Below, piece after piece: positions 56,416-64,000 of a stretch of DNA of 64,000 bases. The notes below the pieces were generated by a model. That model worked only from the letters and a program-made list of their open reading frames with translations, had not been told where the DNA came from and did not search any database. Within the stretch, counting starts at the first letter, position 1, and each line of letters begins with the position of its first letter. This stretch comes from Pontiella sp. GTDB taxonomy: Bacteria; Verrucomicrobiota; Kiritimatiellia; Kiritimatiellales; Pontiellaceae. The stretch covers positions 96,001 to 160,000 of the forward strand of contig JBNKHE010000002.1 in the NCBI GenBank assembly GCA_050290185.1. The letters are read 5' to 3'. Position numbers and translations under genes: made by a program.

Positions 56416-57402
56416 ATGAACAACGAAATCATTACACCGGACAAGGAATTCGAGCAGAAGCTGCGGCCTTCGCGCTTCGCCGATTTTACGGGGCAGGACA
56501 AGATTCGCGAACGGCTCGAGCTATTTGTAAAGGCGGCGCGGCAGCGGGACGACGTCCTCGACCATGTTTTGCTCTCCGGCCCGCCCGGCCTGGGAAAGAC
56601 CACCCTCTCCTATATCCTGGCCGATGCCATGGATGTGAACATCAAGTGTACCTCCGGCCCGGTGATTGACAAACCCGCCGATCTGGCCGGACTGCTGACG
56701 AGTCTGGAACGCGGCGATGTTTTATTCATCGACGAAATCCACCGCATGCAACGCTCGGTGGAAGAATACCTCTATTCTGCGATGGAAGATTTTGTGATCG
56801 ATATCGTGATCGACCAAGGCCCCAATGCCCGATCCGTTCGGTTGAATATCCAGCCCTTTACACTGATAGGCGCCACAACGCGCAGCGGCATGCTATCCGC
56901 CCCGATGCGCTCACGGTTCGGGCTTGTCAACCGGCTCGACTACTACGATGCGGCTACCCTGAAGATTATCATCAAGCGTTCCGCCCGCATCCTGAACGTG
57001 GACATAGACGACGCTGGCGCGATGGAGATCGCGTCCCGGTCGCGCGGGACACCGCGCATCGCCAACAACCTCTTGCGTCGCGCTCGCGACTACGCGCAGG
57101 TAATGGCTGATAATCATATCACCCGCGACCTCGCCGATCAGGCGCTCAACCTGCTCGACATTGACGGCGACGGACTGGAGGAGATGGATAAACGAATTCT
57201 CTCCTGCATCATCGAGAAGTTCGGCGGTGGCCCCGTGGGAATCAATTCGCTGTCCGTTTCCGTCGGAGAAGAGTCCGACACGATCGAGGAGGTCTACGAA
57301 CCTTATCTCATCCAGGAAGGCTATCTTCAGCGTACTCCGCAAGGCCGCATTGCCACTACCCGCGCCTACGCCAAATTCGGCCTAACCCCGCCAAAAATGT
57401 AA
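56416..57402 (+). CDS. ruvB: Holliday junction DNA helicase RuvB
   Basis: [45 protein letters not shown]. Confidence 0.98.
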   Translation: MNNEIITPDKEFEQKLRPSRFADFTGQDKIRERLELFVKAARQRDDVLDHVLLSGPPGLGKTTLSYILADAMDVNIKCTSGPVIDKPADLAGLLTSLERGDVLFIDEIHRMQRSVEEYLYSAMEDFVIDIVIDQGPNARSVRLNIQPFTLIGATTRSGMLSAPMRSRFGLVNRLDYYDAATLKIIIKRSARILNVDIDDAGAMEIASRSRGTPRIANNLLRRARDYAQVMADNHITRDLADQALNLLDIDGDGLEEMDKRILSCIIEKFGGGPVGINSLSVSVGEESDTIEEVYEPYLIQEGYLQRTPQGRIATTRAYAKFGLTPPKM

Positions 57403-57491
57403 CCTTTCCGGAGCACACAATCAGTTGTGTCAACAAGTTGCATAAAATACGTTAAATATGTATTATTTATGCCTTTAACAGTGAAAAGGCT

Positions 57492-58289
57492 ATGGTTAGG
57501 CAATACGAAAACATCATCGTTATGGGCAAGAGCGGCGCAGGAAAGCAGCCCCGCATCGATGTACTCACCGAAACCTTTGGACTAACACAGCTCTCCACCG
57601 GCAACATTTTCAGAACCTATCTTGGTTTCTTCAACGAGCTGGGCTTCAAAGGAAGCCTGACCCGTTTCTACGACGTTTTCAGCAACACTTTCATCAAAGA
57701 TTCCGAAATAAAAGAAGCGCTCGACATCTCCGACCATCCAAACGCCGACAACATCGTGCTTGGGCTGAAAGCAAGGCATTATGTCAACCAAGGATTGTTT
57801 GTGCCGGACGAAATCACCAACGCCCTCTTCGAGTCGGCGTTCAGCGCGTTGGAATACTGCGGTGCCGTGCTGGACGGATTTCCACGGACGCTTGCCCAGG
57901 CCCGCTTCCTCAAGAACCTTGCCGACAAACAAGGCGTCCAACTGGACTTTATCCTCCTGGTCGAAAACGACGACGCAAGTATCATTCAGCGCGCCGTTGG
58001 CCGGCGCATCTGCAAAAACTGCGGCGAGGTGTACCACATCGAATACAAGCCGCCACCGGAAACCGGTTGCGGCGGCGACCCAAACAAACGTTGCGATGTG
58101 ATACAACGGAGCGACGATACGATCGACAACCTGAAGGCCCGTCTTCAAGAATTCCGTACGAAAGCCCTGCCCGCCATCGACCATCTGACCACGCAGGGCA
58201 TTCCGCTCTACACGGTTCCGGGCAATCTGCCGGACTTCTCGCCCGAAACCGTGAAAACCAGTGTTTTTGAAGCGATAAAAATCGCCTGA
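57492..58289 (+). CDS. Atypical adenylate kinase-family nucleoside monophosphate kinase
   Basis: GKSGAGK, LSTGNIFR, GLFVPD, LDGFPRT, GRRICKNCG...C...C, QRSDD. Confidence 0.82.
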   Translation: MVRQYENIIVMGKSGAGKQPRIDVLTETFGLTQLSTGNIFRTYLGFFNELGFKGSLTRFYDVFSNTFIKDSEIKEALDISDHPNADNIVLGLKARHYVNQGLFVPDEITNALFESAFSALEYCGAVLDGFPRTLAQARFLKNLADKQGVQLDFILLVENDDASIIQRAVGRRICKNCGEVYHIEYKPPPETGCGGDPNKRCDVIQRSDDTIDNLKARLQEFRTKALPAIDHLTTQGIPLYTVPGNLPDFSPETVKTSVFEAIKIA

Positions 58290-58577
58290 TTAGTCCACGC
58301 GGTGCGTAACTTCCACAAGATGGAAGCCGAACTGCGTCTTGACCGGACCCTGCACCTCGCCAACCGGCGCCGAGAAAACGACTTCGTCGAACTCGCGCAC
58401 CATCTGTCCGGGGCCAAACGTGCCCAACGCACCACCGTCCCGACTCGAGGGACACTTGGAATGCTTCTTCGCCAGTTCGGCAAAATCCGCGCCGTTTTCA
58501 ATCTGTTGCTTAAGGTCGAGGCATTCCGCCTCGGTGCCCACTAAAATGTGTCTTGCTACTGCCTGTGCCATGACCAC
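58290..58577 (-). CDS. ppiC: Parvulin peptidyl-prolyl isomerase
   Basis: [41 protein letters not shown]. Confidence 0.95.
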   Translation of the reverse strand: MVMAQAVARHILVGTEAECLDLKQQIENGADFAELAKKHSKCPSSRDGGALGTFGPGQMVREFDEVVFSAPVGEVQGPVKTQFGFHLVEVTHRVD

Positions 58578-58601
58578 TCCTCTTCCATTAAGGTTAAAAA
58601 C

Positions 58602-59210
58602 TCAGGGTTTATCTCTTATCAAACGTTTGGCCCCATAGCCAACGTCTTCATATAATTCCTCTTCCGATAGATCGTCAAATTTTGCATGCACAATGCATTC
58701 CGACCTGTCTGGATAAATCCAGTTTCCCAGCCCAAAAACCATAATACCGCCAATAACGCCCAAGCCGCCGGCCTTCCACAGATCGCTTTCAGACTCAACG
58801 TCATCATATACGTCACCGTTATCGCCGCAATCCCCAGTCAGGGCCAGTAGCCCAAATCCCGTTGCTGCCACAACCGCCCCGGAAACCATCAGCGTACCTC
58901 CGGTCACCATCCGCACGCTATTGCGCCCCTCAACCCAATCACTGTTAAAATCTATCCGACGAGTCATTTCCTTCCCGGAAGATAGCCGAAAGGTTGCAAA
59001 ATCAACGTCCTTCGAAACATTTAGCGTGCAAGGCGTGATTCCCGTCTGCCTACCTGCCCTCACCGTCGCGCCCGGAGGAATCGATGTAAACAGGACTTTC
59101 TGCGTCGAGCAGCCCATCGACAGGAAACAGGTCAGCACCAACAATGCAGGGCAGAAAATCCGCCACGAAGAGCGTTTTTTCCGCATCATCTCAATATCTT
59201 CCACACGCAT
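58602..59210 (-). CDS. Putative lipoprotein with PEGA-like domain and two TM helices
   Basis: Lipobox-like LSMGC, SIPPGATV...GITP, two Gly-rich hydrophobic segments. Confidence 0.6.
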   Translation of the reverse strand: MRVEDIEMMRKKRSSWRIFCPALLVLTCFLSMGCSTQKVLFTSIPPGATVRAGRQTGITPCTLNVSKDVDFATFRLSSGKEMTRRIDFNSDWVEGRNSVRMVTGGTLMVSGAVVAATGFGLLALTGDCGDNGDVYDDVESESDLWKAGGLGVIGGIMVFGLGNWIYPDRSECIVHAKFDDLSEEELYEDVGYGAKRLIRDKP

Positions 59211-59284
59211 TCACGAAACCAAACACCCGCCTATTTCCTACCGTTTTCCAGCTTGTCGATGTAGCCCTGAACCGACCGGAAGGC

Positions 59285-60943
59285 TCATTGCGAGCCCTCC
59301 TTCAGTTGCTGTGCGCCGCCAAGTGTTGCAAACCCTGTATTTTCGAGATCGGTCCAGAGGGTACCTTCGCCGGAGTGGATGATGTTGAACTTCATCATTG
59401 GATTGAGCGTATCGGCGAAGCGCCATTGGGCATAGGCCAGCGGATCCTTGAATGCCGCGGTTTTGAGCTGGAGCCCGTTGGCCTTTTCGCCTTCTACCAT
59501 CTGGAGCGCGGACGCCTTCGCCTGCCCCAGCACCCGCACTTTGTTGGCGTTGATCGCCGCGGTCTGCTTTCGGATCTCGGCCACCTTCTTAAGGGTTTGC
59601 GCCTGAATCTGCGCCACCTGTTTTTCCAGATCAGCTCCGATCTCGGCCTTCAGCTTTTCGGTTTCCTGCTGGACCTTTTCGCCGTACTGCTTGATCAACG
59701 AAAGTTGCGTGTTCAGTTCAGCTTCCTTGCGGGCGGTGTTCTGCCGCTCCTTATTGGTCAGATCCTGCTCGACGGCAATACTGGCCTGCTGAATCGGCGC
59801 TCGGATGTCATCCGGCACCTCGACATGGCGGATCAACGCATTGTAAACCTTGATGTTCTTGCTCCCCAGCGTCTGTTCCAACGAAGCCGTCAGGTCGTTC
59901 TGGAACTTTTCACGCCCTTCGCCCACGATGAAATCCTTGGCGCGATACTCGGACCCCTTGTTGCGGGAGATCGACGTGATTTGCGGCATGATGATCTTAT
60001 CAATAACGGCGGGAAGATCGCCATAACGCCGGTAGATGCCGGCGATATCGCTCGGGTCAAACTCGAACTCGACGGTCATATCGAGGCTGATCGTGAAGCC
60101 ATCGCGCGACGGAAAGCTCACCAGTTCCTGCAGGGTCATTTCACCTTGGTTAAACGACGCGGCCGCCTGGGATGCCCGCTGCCGCCCGCCCTGTTCCATT
60201 TTCTTGTTGTAGTAATCGACGCGCTTGGCCTCCTGCATCTCGAGCATGTTGTTCTGAAGCGCATTGAGCGCCCGGTTCTGCCCCAGCTGCCGGGCCTTGG
60301 TAACCACCTTGCTTCCGCTCTGTCCCAGCAGGGAAACCTGATTGATCCCGATCTCGAGGACATCAACCTTGTACTCCTTGCTGTTCACATAGTAGAGCCC
60401 GGGTTGCAGCACATCCTTGCGGACGCCCTTCTGACTGTCGCCGGCAAACTGACCGCTTGGAGCCTGCTCGCCAGAGAGCGAGGTAATCACGCCGGCGTAG
60501 CCGATCGGAATACTGATGGCATCAACGATCTCTATGTTGTAGCCGTAGGGATTCATGCGGTACTTGCCCGGACCCAGCACGCTATGCCAGATGCCTTTCT
60601 GTCCGCGCGCGGCGATAAACTCGCCTTCCGGAAGTTCCTTCCCCACCTTGGAGGTCACGATCCCGACCTTGCCCGGCGGAATGATGGTGACCCGAACGAT
60701 TTCTCGATCATAGAAGATGGGATTGAGGAAATGACGGCCTTCGCCCAGCGGTTCTTCCCAGATGCCCTTCTGCCCCTTATTGGCCAGGATCTGGCCGGGT
60801 TCCAGCGGATCGCCGTTCTTGGCGGTAATGATGGCCATCCGATTTGGACCGACGTAGAAGCGGCAGAAGCCCCAAAGCCACATCGTTTCGATGGCAACGA
60901 CCAATAGAATAATACCCACAACCAGTTTTACAATCTTCTTCAC
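59285..60943 (-). CDS. SPFH/band-7 protein B with three N-terminal repeats
   Basis: N-terminal TM; FPSRDGFTISLDMTVEF; IRHVEVP; Ala/Glu/Lys coiled coil. Confidence 0.85.
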   Translation of the reverse strand: MKKIVKLVVGIILLVVAIETMWLWGFCRFYVGPNRMAIITAKNGDPLEPGQILANKGQKGIWEEPLGEGRHFLNPIFYDREIVRVTIIPPGKVGIVTSKVGKELPEGEFIAARGQKGIWHSVLGPGKYRMNPYGYNIEIVDAISIPIGYAGVITSLSGEQAPSGQFAGDSQKGVRKDVLQPGLYYVNSKEYKVDVLEIGINQVSLLGQSGSKVVTKARQLGQNRALNALQNNMLEMQEAKRVDYYNKKMEQGGRQRASQAAASFNQGEMTLQELVSFPSRDGFTISLDMTVEFEFDPSDIAGIYRRYGDLPAVIDKIIMPQITSISRNKGSEYRAKDFIVGEGREKFQNDLTASLEQTLGSKNIKVYNALIRHVEVPDDIRAPIQQASIAVEQDLTNKERQNTARKEAELNTQLSLIKQYGEKVQQETEKLKAEIGADLEKQVAQIQAQTLKKVAEIRKQTAAINANKVRVLGQAKASALQMVEGEKANGLQLKTAAFKDPLAYAQWRFADTLNPMMKFNIIHSGEGTLWTDLENTGFATLGGAQQLKEGSQ

Positions 60944-62463
60944 TTGGCACCTCCTTTCAAGGGAGCAAATGTGCTAAAGATGCCGCCCACCCCGTCGGCG
61001 GAATCGGAACTCAGCAGCGAAATCACCTGCGGGCCCAGTTTTTCATAGAGCACATAGCGGGCGAATCCAAGCCCGCTGCCGAAGGCGCTTACGCGGTTTT
61101 CAAGCACCGCCGCCTCGGCTTCGTTCTGCGCCTTGATGGCATCCTGCTCGCCGCCGGCCGACAACACGATGGCTTCGGCCTGGAACTCGGCAGCCTCGTA
61201 TTCCACCTGCGCCACATCGAGCTCCCTGTTCGCGGCAATCAGGCGGACGCTCTGGTCCTGCTCGGCGTCGATCACGGCGCGGATGCGTTTCGTATCAGCC
61301 TCCACCTTTTCGCGGTTCTGGATCGCGAGCATTTCCTGTTTCGTCAATTCGGCCTTCGACTTCGCCTGCACGATCTGTTGCTCATACTTGGCCGCATTCT
61401 GTACCGCCAACTCGCGGTCGCGGGTGATGCTGGCAATTGCGTCGGGCACGATAATCTTGCGAATGTTCACCGCCTTGATATCGAGCCCCCAGCCCTTGGC
61501 CTTTGAGCGCAGGTGTTCCTCCAAATCGTTCTGGAACTTCTGGCGGGTCTCCCCGACAATAAAGTCGACGGCCGGATGCTTGCTGCCCTCAATACGACTG
61601 AAACCGCGCGCACGCGGCAGGATAAGCTTCTTGATAATGTCATCCATGTCGCCGACGCGGTGGGTCAGGAACGCGGATTCATCGCGCTGGATCGCAAACT
61701 CAATATAGCCTTCCACCGTGACCGTAAAGCCGTCGAGTGTCAGGAAACTGATCACATCGCTGCCGGTCATTTCGAAGGGCTGGCTCTGGAGGTTGACCTC
61801 GACCGAGTTGTAGATGTAGGGATTGAGATAGTGCGTACCCGGATCCAGCAGCATACCCGTTACCCCTTTCATGCCCGGATCGACCATGAAGGTATTGCGC
61901 TTGTCCGCCGCCAGGTCGTTGTTGAGCACATCCTTGCCCGTCAGCGCGGTCACGACCCCCACATACCCCGGCTGAATGTCGATTGCCTTGAAGTCTGCCA
62001 CATCGTACGCATAGGGATTGATGCGGTATTTCCCCGGACGCAGGATTTCTTTCACAATCCCGCGCTGGTTGGCGTTTTCGGCAATGATCTTGCCGGGGGG
62101 AAGCTCTTCGCCGTAGAGACGGGTCATGACCGCCAGCCGGCCGGCCGGCACGTCGGTGATATCCTCGATTTTCCAGCTCCAAGTGTAGGGATTGCGAAAA
62201 TAACGGCCTTCAGGAAGCACGTCCAGCTGGATACCCTTCTGCCCCTCTTCCAACGCAATAACTTGGCCGGGCGGAAGATTCTCGCCGGTCTTTCGGATCA
62301 TCACCGCGATCTTTCCCGGCCCCGGCTCAATCCGGCAGCCAAACCAGAGAAACAATAAAGCACCGAGCACGACGGCAACAATTAGTGCCGGAACCGAGGT
62401 CAACAACGGAATGTTCAGTTGCACCTTCGGCGGCTTGAATTCAATGTGTTCACTCATACCCAC
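60940..62463 (-). CDS. SPFH/band-7 protein A with three N-terminal repeats
   Basis: N-terminal TM; FLTLDGFTVTVEG; IRKIIVP; AEA-rich coiled coil; GTGA overlap with protein B. Confidence 0.85.
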   Translation of the reverse strand: MGMSEHIEFKPPKVQLNIPLLTSVPALIVAVVLGALLFLWFGCRIEPGPGKIAVMIRKTGENLPPGQVIALEEGQKGIQLDVLPEGRYFRNPYTWSWKIEDITDVPAGRLAVMTRLYGEELPPGKIIAENANQRGIVKEILRPGKYRINPYAYDVADFKAIDIQPGYVGVVTALTGKDVLNNDLAADKRNTFMVDPGMKGVTGMLLDPGTHYLNPYIYNSVEVNLQSQPFEMTGSDVISFLTLDGFTVTVEGYIEFAIQRDESAFLTHRVGDMDDIIKKLILPRARGFSRIEGSKHPAVDFIVGETRQKFQNDLEEHLRSKAKGWGLDIKAVNIRKIIVPDAIASITRDRELAVQNAAKYEQQIVQAKSKAELTKQEMLAIQNREKVEADTKRIRAVIDAEQDQSVRLIAANRELDVAQVEYEAAEFQAEAIVLSAGGEQDAIKAQNEAEAAVLENRVSAFGSGLGFARYVLYEKLGPQVISLLSSDSADGVGGIFSTFAPLKGGAK

Positions 62464-62639
62464 CTCCTGTTGTTAAATGCTTAAAAAGGCTACCATGCTC
62501 CGTAGAGGCGGCCACTATATTTCCTGCACAAACTTGTAATGCACCGAGCCGTTCACTTTCCTCGTTAAAGCATTGAGGCGCGAGGCGCTAGCCTGCTAGT
62601 TTTCCCCTCCGCTAATGAATATTATTTGAAGGAGAAAAA

Positions 62640-64000
62640 ATGTCCATCCATCCAAATGCAGGAAAACCGGTCGCGAAAGAAGACCTGGCCGATATCGCCG
62701 AACTGATCAGCCTCTACTACGAAACCCAGCCGGATGTCACCAATCCAGACCAGAAGGTGGCCTTCGGCACCTCCGGCCACCGCGGCACCTCGCTGAAAAC
62801 CAGCTTCACCGAAGACCATATCATGGCCATATCGCAGGCCATCTGCGAATACCGTGCTGAACAGGGAATCACCGGCCCGCTCTTCATGGGCAAGGATACG
62901 CACGCCCTTTCCATCCCCGCCGAAAAGACGGCCTTGGAGGTTTTCGCCGCCAACGGCGTAACTGTGATGATCGACAAGGATGGCGGCTACACCCCCACCC
63001 CGGTCATTTCGCACGCAATCCTCGCCTACAACAAAGACCGCACCGAAGGACTGGCCGACGGCGTGGTCATCACCCCGTCGCATAACCCGCCCGACAACGG
63101 CGGCTTCAAGTATAATCCCCCAAACGGCGGACCGGCCGATACCGATGCCACCGGCTGGATTGCCGACCGCGCCAACGAGCTGCTGGCCGATAACAACGAC
63201 GAGGTCGAAAGTCTCTACTATCCCGATGCGCTCGCCGCCGACACCACCGTCGCCTACGACTTCATCACCCCCTATGTCGACGATCTCGGAAACGTCATCG
63301 ACATGGAAGCCATCAAAAAAGCCGGCCTGAAAATCTGCGCCGACGCCATGGGCGGCTCCGGCCTGCGCTACTGGCAGCCGATCGCGGAAAAGTACGGGCT
63401 CGACCTGACGATCCGCAACGCCGCAGTCGACTACACCTTCAGCTTCATGACCGTCGACCGCGACGGCAAGGTGCGCATGGACTGCTCGTCTCCGTATGCG
63501 ATGGCCAGTCTCGTCGCCCTCAAGGACGACTTCGACATCGCCTTCGGCAACGACCCCGACTACGACCGCCACGGCATCGTCACCAAATCAGCCGGCCTCA
63601 TGAACCCCAATCATTACCTTGCTGTAGCGATCAACTATCTTTTCACCCACCGCGAAGGGTGGAACAAGGATGCCGCCGTCGGCAAAACGCTGGTCAGCTC
63701 TTCGATGATCGACCGCGTTGCCGCTGATCTTGGTCGCGGCCTCCAGGAAGTACCGGTCGGCTTCAAATGGTTCGTGAACGGTCTCGTTGACGGTTCCTAC
63801 GGTTTTGGCGGTGAAGAATCCGCCGGCGCCTCGTTCCTGCGCAAGGATGGCTCCGTCTGGACCACCGACAAGGACGGCATCATTCTCAGCCTGCTGGCCT
63901 GCGAAATTCTTGCCGTTACCGGAAAAGATCCGGGCGAGCACTACCAGGATCTCGTTGCCAAATTCGGAAACCCGGTCTACACCCGCGTCGACGCCCCGGC
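62640..64000 (+). CDS. pgm: Phosphoglucomutase (3' end runs off the window)
   Basis: Not in the ORF track; hand translation MSIHPNAGK...[39 protein letters not shown]. Confidence 0.95.
   Translation, partial: MSIHPNAGKPVAKEDLADIAELISLYYETQPDVTNPDQKVAFGTSGHRGTSLKTSFTEDHIMAISQAICEYRAEQGITGPLFMGKDTHALSIPAEKTALEVFAANGVTVMIDKDGGYTPTPVISHAILAYNKDRTEGLADGVVITPSHNPPDNGGFKYNPPNGGPADTDATGWIADRANELLADNNDEVESLYYPDALAADTTVAYDFITPYVDDLGNVIDMEAIKKAGLKICADAMGGSGLRYWQPIAEKYGLDLTIRNAAVDYTFSFMTVDRDGKVRMDCSSPYAMASLVALKDDFDIAFGNDPDYDRHGIVTKSAGLMNPNHYLAVAINYLFTHREGWNKDAAVGKTLVSSSMIDRVAADLGRGLQEVPVGFKWFVNGLVDGSYGFGGEESAGASFLRKDGSVWTTDKDGIILSLLACEILAVTGKDPGEHYQDLVAKFGNPVYTRVDAP

Noticed and set aside
59144..60907. 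587-aa plus-strand ORF (also 36026..37672, 9404..10684, 13267..14601, 47321..48541 and similar)
   Set aside because: Antisense shadows of well-supported genes in GC-rich DNA; no recognisable motifs

Overview
This 64-kb window is GC-rich bacterial chromosome. The protein repertoire (lamin-tail/CotH giant protein, SHD1-like secreted proteins, RRM protein) suggests a PVC-superphylum organism, possibly Kiritimatiellota/Pontiella-like; this is inference only. Housekeeping genes include rluD, a cinA-like gene, rsmB, htrA, xseAB, ymdB, a glpD-like gene, comM/yifB, lon, typA, ruvAB, an adk-like gene, ppiC and pgm. There is also a complete arsR-acr3-arsC-arsD-arsA operon, a GH43+CE12 pair, an orphan GT2 and a TldE/TldD pair. 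Best candidates for undescribed biology: (1) a stand-alone ZorAB/MotAB-like ion-motor pair with an 18-residue-repeat tail, behind a sigma54-type promoter (2.8-5.4 kb); (2) two ECF sigma + zinc anti-sigma-TM-VWA modules flanking an internally duplicated 2089-aa membrane protein, both sigma genes preceded by the same CAAAGA-N16-CGTAT motif (9.1-21.4 kb); (3) a LolA-like/serpin fusion; (4) a pair of SPFH proteins with triplicated N-terminal repeats. Non-coding signals include a 37-bp duplicate of the arsA 3' end bracketing a 2.1-kb insert, two families of small palindromic repeats (one arm overlaps a signal-peptide core), and a structured leader upstream of the RRM gene. I saw no rRNA, tRNA, CRISPR array, integrase or transposase. 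All family calls come from motif recognition by eye; no database search was run.
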